DNA of 64,000 bases from the NCBI RefSeq assembly GCF_009914755.1, contig NC_060931.1. One strand, given 5' to 3'. Source of the DNA: the human T2T-CHM13v2.0 reference genome, Homo sapiens. The notes below the pieces were generated by a model. The model ran no database searches and was not told the origin of the DNA. It worked only from the letters and a program-made list of their open reading frames with translations. This document shows, one piece after another, positions 42,926 through 56,973 of this stretch. Position 1 is the stretch's first letter. Each line of letters starts with the position of its first letter. The translations under genes and the position numbers were made by a program.

Positions 42926-44663
42926 TAGCTAGAACTTCCAGAGCTATGTTGAATAACAGTGGCGAAAATGGGCATCCTTGTTGTTTTCCAGGTGTAAGAG
43001 GAAAAGCATTCAAGTTTTCCCTCTTCAGTAATACGAGCTATGGGTCTGTCATATATAGCTTTAATTATGTTGAAGTATGTTCCTTCCATACTCAGTGTTT
43101 GGAGGGTTTTTATTATGAAAGGATGTTGAATTTTAACAAATGTTTTTTCAGCAGGAATTGAAATGAACATATGATTTTTGTTCTTCATCCTATTGATTTG
43201 CTCTTTTACATTGATTGATTTGCATATGTTGAACCATCCTTGGATCCCTAGGATAAATCCCACCTGGTCATGATGAGTGATCTTTTGTTATTGTGTTATT
43301 GAATTCATTTATCTAGCAATTTGTTGAGGATTTTTGAATCAATATTCATTGGTGATATAGGTCTTTAGTTTTGTTTTTTTGATGTGTCTCTGTTTGGTTT
43401 TGATATAAGGATAATTCTGACCTTATAGGATGAGTTTGGAAGTATTCCCTCCTCCTCTATTTTACAGAACAGTTTGAGTAGGATTGTTATTAGTTTTTCT
43501 TTAAATGTTTGGTAGAATTCAGTGGTGAAGTCATCAGATCCCAGGCATTTCCTTGCTATGAGACTTTATATTTTGGCTTTAATCTTGTTACTGGTTATTG
43601 GGCTTTTCAGGTGTTGGATTTCTTCATGGTGCAATTTTGGGAGGTTGTAATTGTTTAGGGATTTGTCTGTTTCTTCTAGATTTTTCAATTTATTGGCATT
43701 TGGTTGCACATGGTAGCCACTAACAATCCTTAGACTTTCTGTAGTATTGGTTGTAATATCTCCTTTTCATCTCTGATTTTATATTTTATTTGGGTCTTTT
43801 CTTTTTTTTTTTTCTTAATGAGTCTAAAGGTTTGTCAATTTGATTTATCTTTTAAAAAAAACAGATTTTTGTTATGTTGATCTTATGTTTTCTTCATTTC
43901 AAATTCGTTTATTTCTGCTCTGATCTTTATTATTTTTTTCCCCTACTAATTTTGGATTTGGTTGGTCTTGTTTTAGTTCTTTAAGATGCATTGTTAGATT
44001 GTTTATTTGAAGCTTTTTTTGTTTTGTTTTGATGTACATGTTTATAGCTGTCAACTTCCCACTTAGTGCCGCTTTCACTGTAGCTCATAGGTTTTGGTAT
44101 GTTGTGTTAATTATCATTTGTTTCAAGAAATTTTTCAATTTCCTTCTTAATTTGTTCTTTGACCCACTGGTCATTCAGAAGCATATTATTTAATTCCCAT
44201 GTGTTTGTATAGTTTCCCAAATAACTCTTGCTGTTGATTCCTACTTTTATTCAATTGTGATGAAAGAAGATACTGGATATTATTTCAGTTTTTTGAAAGT
44301 TTAAAAATGTGTTTTGTGACTGAACATATCATCTAACTTGGGAATGTTCCATATGCTCAGGAAAGAAATTTGTGTTTTGCAGTAATTGAATGAAACGTTC
44401 TGTAAATACCTATTTAGGTCTACTTGGTCTACACCACACGTTAAATCCAATGTTTCTTTGTTGATTTTCTTTCTGGAAAATCTGTCCAATACTGAAATTG
44501 TAGTGTCGAAGTCACCAGCTATTATTGTATTGGGCTCTCTCTCTCTCTAGCTCTAATAACTGCTTTATATACCTGGGTGCCCTAGTGTTGGTACATATGT
44601 ATTGTTATATCTTCTTGTTGAATTGACTCCTTTGTCACTGTATAATGAGTTTATCTCTTATAG

Positions 44664-45425
44664 TGAGAGACAGGACTAGCTGGATTTCCTAGGCCAACTA
44701 AGAATCCTAGGAAGCCTAGCTGGGAAGGTGACCGCATCCACCTTTAAACACGGGGCTTGCAACTTAGCTCACACCCGACCAGTCAGGTAGTAAAGAGAGC
44801 TCACTAAAATGCTAATTAGGCAAAAACAGAAGGTAAAGAAATAGCCAATCATCTATCACCTGAGAGGACAGGGGGAGGGACAACAATCGGGATATAAACC
44901 CAGGCATTTGAGCTGGCAATGGTTACCCTGTTTGGGTCCCCTCCCTTTGTATGGGAGCTCTGTTTTCACTCTGTTAAATCTTGCAACTGCACACTCTTCT
45001 GGTCCGTGTTTGTTATGGCTGGAGCTGAGCTTTTGCTTGCCGTCCACCACTGCAGTTTGCCGACGTCACAGACCCACCTCTGACTTCCACCCCTCCGAAT
45101 CCCGCAGGGTGTCCACTGCGCTCCTGATCCAGCGAGGCGCCCATTGCCGCTCTGGATCAGGCTAAAGGATTGCCATTGTTTCTGTACAGCTAAGTGCCTG
45201 GGTTCGTCCTAATTGAGCTGAACACTAGTTGCTGGGTTCCACGGTTCTCTTCCATGACCCACGGCTTCTAATAGAGCTGTAACACTCACTGCATGGCCCA
45301 AGATTCCATTCCTTGGAATCTGTGAGGCCAAGAACCCCAGGTCAGAGAACAAGAGGCTTGCTGCCATCTTGGAAGTGGTCTGCCACCATCTTGGGAGCTC
45401 TGGGAGCGAGGGCCGCCCCCTAACA
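44664..45425 (+). mobile_element. Solo LTR17 (HERV-W LTR), 762 bp
   Basis: Starts tgagagacaggactagctggatttcctaggcc and ends ...taaca. 4-bp TSD atag at 44660-44663 and 45426-45429. U3, R and U5 are all present. Confidence 0.93.
44845..44898 (+). promoter_or_regulatory. LTR17 U3 core promoter motifs (CCAAT and TATA)
   Basis: CCAAT at 44845-44849 and TATAAA at 44893-44898, in their expected LTR positions. Activity is not shown. Confidence 0.55.
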
Positions 45426-45618
45426 ATAGTTTAATCTTGAGGTCTATTTTATCTGGTATAAACATAACCATTCCTACTTTTTTCTTGGTTTCCATTTGCA
45501 TGGAATATCTTTTCCCATCCCTTCATTTTCAGTCTATGTGTGTCTTTATTGGTGAGGTGTGTTTCTTGTAGGCAGAAATCACTTAGTCTTGTATTTTTTA
45601 ATCCATTCAGCCATTCTG

Positions 45619-45913
45619 TTTGTTTGTTTGTTTGTTTTGAGACGTAGTTTTGTTCTTGTCACCCAGGCTGGAGTGCAATGGCATGATCTTGGCTCACTGC
45701 AATCTGTGCCTCTCGGGTTAAATTGATTCTCTTGCCTCACCCTCCTGAGTATCTGGGATTACAGGTGCCTGCCATCACACACAGCTAATTTTTGTATTTT
45801 TAGTAGATACATGATTTCACCATGTTGGCCAGGCTGGTCTGAAACTCCTGACCTCAGGTGATCTGCCCATTCCAAAGTGCTGGGATTATGGGCATGAGCC
45901 ACTGCACCTGGCC
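45619..45913 (-). mobile_element. AluS-type SINE with a (TTTG)n tail
   Basis: cctgacctcaggtgatctgccc and catgttggccaggctggtc. TSD cattctgt on both sides. Confidence 0.92.
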
Positions 45914-48900
45914 CATTCTGTGATTTTTGATTGGAGAGTTTAGTCCATTTACATTTATTTACAGCCATTTACATTTAATATTTTTATTGATAAATAAAGA
46001 CTTACTCCTGCCTTTTTATTTTCTGCTTGTTTTGTTGTTTTCTCTTCCTTCTTTTCTCCCTTTCAGTCTTCCTTTTAGTGAAGGTAACTTTTCATTTGTC
46101 GTAGGATTTAATTTCTTGCTTTTTATTTTGTGTGCATCCATTGTATATTTTTGATTTGATATTACCATGAGGCTTACAAATACTATCTTATAACCCATTA
46201 TTTTAAGCGGATAACAACTTAAAACTGCTTACGTAAAGAAACACACAAACTAACAAGCAAAAAGAAAATGAATACAAACTCTGTAATTTAACATCCTCCC
46301 CCTGCTTTTTAACTTTTCATTGTTTCTATTTATATCTTATTTTACTGTCTATGGATTGGAAAGTTGTTGTAGTTATTCTTTTTGATTAGTTCATCTTTGA
46401 GTCTTTCTATTTAACCTATAACTAGTTTACCCACCAAAGTTACAGTGTTATAATATTCTGCTTTTTCTGTGTACTTACAATTATCAGTGAGTTTTATACC
46501 TTCAGATGATTTCTAATTATTTATTGACATGCTTTTCTTTCTGATTGAAGTACTCACATTAGCATTTTTTATAGGATAGGTCTGGTGTTGATGAAATTCC
46601 TCACTTTTTGTTTATTTGGGGAACTATTTCTTCTTCATGTTTGAAGTATATTTTCACAGGATATACTATTCTAGGGTAAGAGGTTTTTCTCTTCAGCACT
46701 TTAAATATGTCATGCCACTCTGTCCTGGTCTGTAGAGTTTCCACTGAAAAGTCTGCTGCCAGACATAAAGGAGTTCCATTGTATGTAATGTGTTTCTTCT
46801 CTCTTGGTGTTTTTAAGGTCCTTTCTTTACTCTTAATCTTTGGGAGTTTGATTATTTAATGCATTGAGGTAGTCTTCTTTGGGTTAAATCTGTTTGGTGT
46901 TCTATAATCTTCTTGTACTTGGATATTAATACTTTTTTTAGGCTTAGGAAGTTCTCTGTTATTATTCCTTTGAATAAACTTTCTACCACTATATCTGTCT
47001 CTTTAATGCTAGTAACTTCCTCTTTAATGCTAGTAACTCTTAAATTTGACCTTTTGAGGCTATTTTCTAAATATTGTAAATGTGCTTTATTCTTTTTCTT
47101 CCTTGTTTTCCTTTGTCTCCCCTGCCTGTGTATTTTGAAATAGTCTATATTCGAGCTCAGTAGTTCTGTTTGATCCATTCTGCAATTATAAGACTACATT
47201 ATAATAGCATAATCAGTTTGTTAATTATATTTTTCACCTCTAGAATTTCTGTTTGATTTGTTTTAATTATTTCAATCTCTTTGATAAATATATCTGGTAG
47301 AATGCTGAGGTCCTTCTCTATGTTATTTTGAATTTCTTTGAGTTTCCTCAAAACAGCTATTTTGAATTCGCTATCTGAAATGTCACATAACTCTATTTCT
47401 CTAAGATTGGTCCCTGGTGCCTTATTTAGTTGATCTGGTGAGCTCATATTTTTCTGAATGGTCTTGATGTTTGTTGAGTGTCATTGGTGTCTGGGCATTA
47501 AAGAGTGAGGTATTTACTATAGTCTTCACAGTCTGGGCTTGTTTATAGCAATCCTTGGGAAGGCTTTCCAAGTATTCGAAAGGACTGGAGTGTTTTGATC
47601 TAAGCCATATCTGCATTAGGGGGCATCCCAGCCCAGTTACACTGTAGTTCTTATAGACTCATAGAAGTACCACCCTGATGGTCTTAGATATGATGTGGAA
47701 GAATTATTTAAATTACCAGGCATTGACTCTTGTTCTCTTTCCTAACTTTCTCCCAAACAAATGGAGTCTCTCTCTTTGTGATGAGCCACCTGGAGCTGGG
47801 GGTGGAGTGATACAAGTATCCCTGAGTCCACCACCACTGGGACTGCTCTGGGTCAGACCTGAAGCCAGCACAGCATCGGGTCTCACCCAAGGCTGCTATA
47901 ACCATGACCTGGCCACTGTGTATGTTCATTCAAGTCTCTAGGGCTCTACAATAAGAAGGAGATTAAACCAGCCAGGCTTGTGTCCTTCTCTTCAAGGTGA
48001 TGAGTTCCTCCAGGCCTTAGGTCAGTCCAGAGATGCCTTCTAGGAGCCAAGGACTGGAGGCAAAAACTTAGATATCTACCTGGTGTTCTATTCTACTGCA
48101 GCTTAGCTGACATTCAAACCATGAGACACAGCCTTTTTCACTCTTCCCTCCCCTTTCCACAAGCAGAACAGCCTCACCCCATGGCCACCATCACCACAGG
48201 CCAATGGGGAGCACTGCCAGGGTACCAGTGATGTTCACTTAAGACCGAAAGGCTCTTCAATCAGCATTTGGTGAATGCTGACAGGCCTGGGACTCACCCT
48301 TCCAGGCAGTGGGATCTCCTCTGGCCCAGGGGAGGCCCAGAAATGCTGTCCAACAACAGAGGCCAGTAATCAGAGACCCCAAGGTCCTGCTTGGTGCTCT
48401 ACCTCACTGTGACCAAGCTGGTACCTATGGTGCAAGACAAAACCCCGTTTTTTTCCCTTTGCTTTTCTTAAGCAGAAGGAGTCTTTCCCCATTGCCATTA
48501 CAGCTGGGAATTTGCTGGGTCTCACCTTAAGCTGGCAAGTCTCAGAGTCTCACCCAAGGCCCATGATGTACTACCTGGGTATTGCTGCTGGTTATTCAGG
48601 GCCCAAGGGTTCTTCCATCAGCATGTGATGGAAACTGTCAGGACTGGGTCCTTCCCTTCAAGGAAGTGGATTCCCTTCTGACCCAGGGTGTCTCTAGAAA
48701 TGTCATCTGGGAGCTAGGGCCTCGACCTCTTGACTCTGCCCAGTGCCCTATTCTACTGTGGCTGAGCTGGTAACCCAGATGCAAGACAAAGTCATCTTTC
48801 CTACTCCCTCTCCTTTCCTCAAGTGGAAGGAGAAGGTTTCTTTTGGAGCGGAAACCTGTGCTGCCTGGGGTTGGAGAACTGGGGGCACAAGCACTACCTT

Positions 48901-50139
48901 AGTCACCCTGACTGTTGTCTGAGTAAGTTACATGTCCCCCATGTCCACTGGCTGTGAGCAAAGTTCAGCACTAGGGCTTGCCTATGATTTGCAGTCTTTG
49001 TGCCTTAGATTGCCTTTTAAGTTCATTTAGAACCCCAGAGCACTTTAGCCCACAGTGCTCAGGGTCGCAGGAACTCAATTTTTGACCACTAGGATGGGTG
49101 ATTCCCTCTGACTAGAGCTGGTCAGAATGCTCCTGCTGTGGGGAAGTGTCAGCTGAGTTCAATCCATTCTGGCTTTCTGCTGTGAGAGGGCAGCACTGAG
49201 TTAATATCGGGTCCGATAATCACTGTGCTGTTCTTCCCCCAAAATGCAGATTATGTGCACCACATGGCTGCTGTTGGGGAATGAGGGAGGGGTGGCATTG
49301 GAAATTCAAGCCTGTCTTTCCTGATCTCTTTAGTGCCAGTTTTAGCAATATGAAGATAAAACCAGGTACTGTTAGTTAGTGCTTACCTGATTTTTATTCT
49401 CATGAAGATGCTTGTTTTGTCAAATGTGGTATTCCTGCAGGAAGGACCATTGGTAGAGCCTTCTATTCAACTGTATTGCTGTGGCTCCTTATTACATTAT
49501 TATTATTTTTTTGCTTTTACCTCTTCATGCCTTACCTTCTACTACCTATGAATTTACTCTTATTTTAATTATGTTATCTTTATAAATTGGATACTTAGCT
49601 AATACATTTTCATTCTCTTGTTTTCTAATAGAATTATTTAATCTGCTCATTTCCTGTAAGAAATATTTTAATGCAATCATTTTATTATTGTTGTATAATG
49701 CATATATTCCGGCTTCTTATGATTTATACTGGGACCCATAATTATTTGAAACATTATTTCAAAGTTTCTCTAACATATTTCTCTCTTATTCCTTGTTTAG
49801 AAAATCTAGATTTAGTAATTTTGGTTAGAGAATAAGAGCTACATAGTTATCCGTTCTTTGGTATTTTGGTAATTTATTTGTATCTTAGTACATAATTATA
49901 TTTTACACGTTTCATGTATTTTTATGGTAGATATATACTCTTTCATTATAAGACTTCAATTAATATTTGGATAATATTAGTGAATGAATGGTTATATGGA
50001 TAAATGAATGCATAAGCCACATGTCATAGAAATAAAAAAATTCAGTTAAAATGGTGAATAGGCAATGGTTATCCTGTCAATTTTTTAAAAAATTGTTTGT
50101 TTTTATGTTTTGTTTGGTTCTAATTGATTTTAACATGTA

Positions 50140-50580
50140 AACTTGATATTGTAAGCATGAGATGTCTCTCAGATATCAAAGTGTAGATAATATGTAGGCA
50201 AAGGGTCTATAAATATGGAATTCAAGAGTAAAACTGGATTAAAATATAAAGTTAAGTATCGTTAGCCTATTAATAGCAGGACTCAATGAAATAATGTATA
50301 GTTTATATAAGGTCTTAATCAATATTTTTAAATGATTTATTAATTGGTAATATGTGGGGTGTTCGGAAAAGAAAAATGAAGAAGACTTTCAACTAAGCTC
50401 TGAAACTGTCCAATATTAGGAGTCAGGTGGAAAAGGAGAAGGCTGTGCAGAAAATTAAGAATGAGTGTTGACATGTAAAGAGAAAAACCACGAAAAAGGG
50501 AGAATGTAAGCAAGGGAAGAGGGAGAGGTGTTTCTAGAAGGATTGAATCCTGAATTACAGAATTCTAAGATGTTAAATTT
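50140..50580 (-). mobile_element. Degraded L2 fragment
   Basis: gagatgtctctcagatatcaaagtgtagataatatgtaggcaa...ggaattcaagag follows the antisense L2 consensus. Confidence 0.5.
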
Positions 50581-50598
50581 TTAAAAAGACTCAAATAT

Positions 50599-50910
<312 letters not shown>

Positions 50911-51679
50911 CTCAAATACTTCTTATTAAGGCGCACTTGATTCCTCAGTAGTGATTGCTTTATTTGCCTGCTGTACATCCTAAAACCCTGTTGACAATAA
51001 ATCTTCTAAATGTGTGTCTATATACCTGGAGGAGATTTTTCTAACCTTGATGTGACCTCAAATTACTGCTGTAGAATAATAAGACAAACAAGCTATCAGA
51101 AAAATCTTCAGCTACAACTTCACTAATCAAATTTCAGAGCAGTAACTACAGAGCAGTGGGAGAATTTATTCTTCTGTGGAATATAACACTAAAGGAAGAA
51201 ACCTGGTCATGACCATTTGCAAATAAAGACATACATCAAACGCATGTAGGATGAATGTCAGGAAGAAGAACACCTGTTTGGTACCTGTGCACTATCTAAT
51301 TAGAAAAATCAACTGCTGTTGAAAATGTCATATTTGAAAAATGTTTTTAAAATTCTACAGACAAAGGCAAATTTAGGGGAAAAAGCAAAAAGTCATTTTA
51401 AGTATTTCTGAAATGTATTAAATGGTAAGCTCTTTGAGAAGTTAGGTCTGTGTGTTTGTATATTTATAGATATATTTTTATGTCTGAGTATTAAGATTTT
51501 CAAGTGTTAGAGAGTTGACAGAATGTGAATGTTTCTGAGAGCAATAGGAATTGAAAAAGCGATGGTAAAAAAGTACAAAAATACTTTTATTTGGACAGGT
51601 TGTCTATAATTTGAGAGTAATTAAAGACTCAACATTTTAGAAGTGTAAACATGGGTCCTCTTATTAAGTTATAAGTTTT

Positions 51680-51910
51680 ACATATACATTTTACACATAT
51701 ATGTGTGTGTTTTATATGTGTATGTATGTATACCTACATTTATATATGTATATATAAATGTGTATTATATATGTGTATATAAAATGTGTATTATACATAT
51801 ACATTTATATGTATATATAATATACATTTATATATGTATATGTACATTTATATATCTATGTATATTATATGTATATATAATATACATATATAAATGTATG
51901 TATATATGTA
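51680..51910. repeat. TA/TG low-complexity tract
   Basis: Directly visible; explains ORF 51703-51963. Confidence 0.9.
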
Positions 51911-52439
51911 AAAGTCACTTAGGTTTGGACCTAAACTTAAAAACTTGGATAAACTTTTGTTAATGAACATTTTAACTCTTTGCATAAATTTGCAAATATT
52001 TTTTAAAAATTAAATTATTGATGAAAAAGTACTTTCTATTTGAGATTTGAGTTATAATGACTAATTGCTAAAGTATAATGAAAACTTTGTTTTCACTCTA
52101 GAAGGGATATATACAAATATTTAATTTCACACTTAGTTATTAGCATGCTAGTTCAGTCTTTGAATAAGCGAGACCCAGTCTATAAATAATTAGACAAAAC
52201 ATGAGAATATTGATAATATAGTTCATTTCTTATGGACGGTAAAACTCAAATGATAATAGTTGATCTTTTAGTCAAGTCATGAATGCAATTTTGTTTATTT
52301 GAATATCATTTTTATTAGTGACCTTTGCTCTTAGTTTATATGTAATATACTTCCAAGCTTGTAGAACTCAATAATGGTTATGAGAGTAAAATACTTAATC
52401 ATGGCAAATTTGATGCATTTACCATTATTTTTATAAGTA

Positions 52440-54240
52440 GACAATTCTATGTGTGATGTGAATAAAGAAAAAATGTGAATTGTCCTTGCTCCACATGCAT
52501 ACCAAAACAGGTATTGTTAGACTTAGAAAAATTTTTCCTGCTTATTTATTTGCCATCAGGTTTTCCCTTCTGGGAAACATTTCTTCATACATTTTATACT
52601 TTTATTTTCTATTGTCAACATCTTTCCTAATTTTTAAAAAATTCATTATATGTTTTGAATGCAAGCTTTTTAAAATAATTTTTGTTGCAAATATTTTCTC
52701 ATATATTTGGACTTTTTGCTTTTAGTTTATGGTGGTTTTGATAAGTAGAAGTTTTTTATTTTAATGTAATCAAATTTGTCAGCATTTTATTATATTATTT
52801 ACTTATTCTTTATTGTTTTAAAAGAAATATTGATCTATTTCTAGATAAATATGTCTGATATTTATTTGTAAACCGTTTATAGTCATACTCTTCACATCTA
52901 AAACTTTAATACATTTGTAATAGACTTTTGACTATTTTGATAGGGATCAGTTCTCCTCCAGTAATTGATTTCTAAGTTAATTTCATTGTCATCAGAGTTA
53001 TATAATCTATAAAATATTGATTTTTCAAACTTTGTGAAATTTTAATAATTGTATGTGCATTTGCAATAGTCTTTGTTACTAGTACAATCCTGTATATGTT
53101 GATTAAACTATGCTTCTTAACTGTACCATTGAAATAATTTATATTGTTACCAATTTGTAAGTGGTATATTGAAATACTGTGATCACAGATTCATCAATTT
53201 CTGTTTCTTTATATTTGGTAAAATTTTTTAGATTATTTTAAATTTAGAATTTTAGTTTCTTCCAAGTCAATTGAAACTAATATATCATCACCATTTTAAA
53301 TCTGTTAATAATCCTTCTTGCTTTAAAATCTATTTTGTTTTATATTGATAACGCTACATCAGCATTCTTATAATTGCCATTTTGTCTGCATGTTACCAAG
53401 AGTTTACTTTCATTTTATCTGTATTCTTGCATTTGGAAGACATATTTTATAATGAGCAAAGAGTTAGGTTGAATCTTTAAGTCGAGCTAACAATATTTGC
53501 CTTTTAACCTATTTATCTCACTAGCATGTAAGGTAACTTTGAATATATATTTTTAAATATATATATTTAAAATATATATGTATTAAAAATTCACAGGTGA
53601 ATTTCGAGTATTACCAGTTGAAGAATATAAATGAAATTTTAAAATTCAAATCTAGTACAGGAAGAAAACTTAAATGGGAAAAAATTATTAATGACAAACT
53701 AAGAAAGGAACAAATTGAAAAAGGAAGATAATGTGTAAATTTATATATTTTATAAATATAGACAAAATATATATTTTATATATAGTATATTTTTTCTAAT
53801 AATATAAGAAAGGAACTTTATTTCTAATAAAGAAAGGAACAGGATGGAAAAAGAAAAAGTATAAAATTATGTATTTTATATATATTAGAAAAATATATTA
53901 TATATATATTAAAAAATATATCTTATGTTTTAAATTATATATAATATATATAATTTCATACTTTAGCTTCCTTTTTCCATCCTGTTCCTTTGTTACTTTG
54001 TCATTAATAAATTTTTCCCATTTAAGTTTTCTTCCTGTATTAGATTTGAATTTTAAAATTCCATTTATATTTTTCAATTGGTAATACTTGAAATTCACCT
54101 GTGAATATTAAACAGTACTATTTCTAGAGTGAATTTAATATGCTTTAATTTGGATCACATAAAAACACACCTTCTCAATAATGGAATTATTGTCCAGTAA
54201 TTTTGTTCTTTTAAGTTTATGTCAAATAATATTTGTCTAA
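52440..54240 (-). mobile_element. Degraded L1ME-type fragments
   Basis: ttgttgcaaatattttctc...tttagtttatggtggtttt...agaagtttttattttaatgtaatcaaatttgtca are antisense ORF2 remnants. Boundaries approximate. Confidence 0.55.
53589..54106. repeat. Long inverted repeat (arms ~53589-53801 and ~53883-54106, spacer ~80 bp)
   Basis: attcacaggtgaatttcgagtattaccagttgaagaatataaatgaaattttaaaattcaaatctagtacaggaagaaaacttaaatgggaaaaa... is the near-exact reverse complement of ...tttttcccatttaagttttcttcctgtattagatttgaattttaaaattccatttatatttttcaattggtaatacttgaaattcacctgtgaat. Confidence 0.93.
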
Positions 54241-54243
54241 TTT

Positions 54244-54850
54244 ACAACCACTATGAAAAAGAGTGTGGAGATTCCTTAAAGAACTAAAAGTAGACCTACC
54301 ATTGGACCCAGCAGTCCCACTCCTGAGTATCTACCCAGAGGAAAAGAAGTCATTATATGTAAAAGATACCTGCACATACATGCTTATAGCAGCATAATTT
54401 GCAATTGCAAAAATACGGAGCCAGCCCAAATGCCCATTAATGAATGAGTGGATAAAGGAAATGTGATATCTGTATATGTTGTATATGTATATACATATCA
54501 CTGTGGTATACTACTCAGCCATAAAAAGGAATGAAATAATGGCATCTGCAGAAACCTGGATGGAATTGGAGACCGTTATTCTAAGTGAAGTAACTCAGGA
54601 ATGGAAAACGAAATATCATATGCTTTCACTCCTAAGCTATGAGGTTGAAAAGGTATAAGAATGATACAATGGACTTTGTGGACTTAGAGGAAAAGGTGGG
54701 AGTCAGGTGAGGGAAAAAAGAATACACATTGGGTACATTGTACACTGCTTGGGTGACGGGTTCACCAAAATCTCAGAAATCACCACTAAATAACTTATTC
54801 ATGTAACCAAACAGCACCTGTTCCCCCAAAACCTATTGAAATAAAAATAA
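54244..54850 (+). mobile_element. 5'-truncated L1PB (PB1-like) 3' end
   Basis: tacccagaggaaaagaagtcattatatg...caccaaaatctcagaaatcaccactaaa...aaaacctattgaaataaaaa. ORF 54476-54658 is the ORF2 C-terminus remnant (YYSAIKRNEIMASAETWMELE). Confidence 0.9.
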
Positions 54851-55099
54851 ATTTTACAAACAATTCCATCTTATCATAAAACCATAAGTAGCGTTTTGTT
54901 TATATTCCCTATTAAAGGTCTTTATACCATGATGGAATGGAATCTGAAATCTGGATACTAAATAATGCTGTTTCAATATATTGTCCTAGTAATCTATTAA
55001 GGTGAGGGTGTCATTCAGGGCTTATCTAATTTACAGGATGAGTATTTAACAATCTGAAGTTATAAACATAATTTCATTTGTACCTGACAAGTGCTTTCT

Positions 55100-55325
55100 T
55101 TTTTCCCATTTTTAAAAATTTAGGTAAAATCAACATATTGAAAGATTTAGCATCTTAACCTTTTTAAAATGTAGAGTTTCATGGTATTAAATACATGCAT
55201 AGCGTTGTGCAATCATTACCATCATCCATCTTTGTAACTCTTCATGTTGTAAAACCGAAACTCTATAACCACTTAAGAGTAACTCCCCGTTTTTCCCACC
55301 TCAAGCCCCAGCAACCAGTCCATTT
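55100..55325 (-). mobile_element. L1MB-type 3' fragment
   Basis: ggtattaaatacatgcatagcgttgtgcaatcattaccatcatccatc...gaaactctataaccactt. Confidence 0.65.
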
Positions 55326-56043
55326 TGCCTTTTTCCACCTTTTAGGCTCTGGTTACTTACTGGAAGGTACAGAATTTATAGATATTCTACCATGATACTT
55401 TTCTTACAATTCAGAACCTGACTGTCTCACAAGCATTCTGCATTTCTGTAGCTTAATTGCTGTGACAAATTTTCTGTGAGATCTAATTCATACTTCCTTT
55501 TCTTAAAGAGAAGGTAGAGATCTGAAAGTCAAGCTGTGCTTTTTGATTTGATTTGATTGACAAAACTTGTCAATGGCTGTGATTCCTTTTATTTTCTGTA
55601 CATAAAAGAAAAGACGTAAGAACTCCTCATATTTGAAGGCAGAAACTGTCCTCCTTTGAAAGTAGACAGCATCCGGTTTTGTAGTGGGTTTCTCTTTTTT
55701 AAGGCAGCAAAATTACCCAATTTGTTTTCACCACAACCTATAAATGTCAAATATCCTCAGTGAAAATGATAAACACATAATTTAGCTGTCTTCTATATGC
55801 TCATAAAGCAAGGACATATGTTTGCTGAAACTTGGAGATGAAGTTTAACTTGGATTAGACTATTGCAAAGTCAGGAATATGTTTGGAATTTGTATGCATT
55901 AATCTTCAAAACAAAATTATTCATTATTTAATTGTTAATATATTTTATAAGGAAACATTTATGCTCGCTATTCCCTGATAAAAGGAATTTTTGTTATTTT
56001 GAAATATGTTACATATATCTGTATGTGATTATGATATTGGGTG

Positions 56044-56196
56044 TGAGGCCACAATCAAGCTTTACCCAGGGTATGCTACGACATTGAATGTAATCAATGA
56101 CTTAAAATTATAAGTAATCCTGAGGCCACAGTCAAGCTTTATGCAGTTATGCTAAGACATCGAATGTTACCAATGACTTAAAATTATATGTAATCC
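56044..56196. repeat. Tandem duplication, 77 + 76 bp
   Basis: tgaggccaca(a/g)tcaagcttta...caatgacttaaaattata(a/t)gtaatcc occurs twice, with about 9 substitutions and 1 indel. Confidence 0.92.
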
Positions 56197-56647
56197 TTGA
56201 CAGAGTGTAAAGTTGAGTTAGAATAAAATACTAATAGAAATTGAGTCCATAAACATACTGTCAGAGCCTTATGGATGAACACAGGTTTATTATTCTACAA
56301 GCATTTGTTTTTCAGAAATAAATGGTGAATTTCTTCCACTGCCATTCCAGTATATTCCTGTCTTTGTAAGAAGCACCAGGGATCATATGTCTATCTATAT
56401 CTATATCCATATCTATATCTATATCTACATATGATGTTACATTTGATGTTAGTCAAAGAAAATATATCTGGCATGTATTAAGGATTCACTAATATCTGTA
56501 GAATTATTTCAATGTATTCCTCTTTCAAAATGTAACAAGAGAAGTTTTCTAATATCCTTTAAGTTGCTATCATTGTATGATTCTGATAAATGGATTGAAC
56601 TATGCTTCTATAATAAAATAATTATATGGGTTCTGGAGAGGAAATGA

Positions 56648-56973
<326 letters not shown>

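Larger units (their letters stand above)
41276..49488 (-). mobile_element. Long L1MA/L1M1-2-type element (5' UTR, ORF1, most of ORF2; 3' end absent), interrupted by two LTRs and an Alu
   Basis: ORF2 remnants at 42150-42359 and 42910-43263 ([18 protein letters not shown]). ORF1 remnants at 46852-47447 (LENSLKRSNLRV; SDSEFKIAVLRKL). A GC-richer 5' UTR spans 47450-49488 and ends ttctattcaactgtattgctgtggctcc. Confidence 0.85.
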
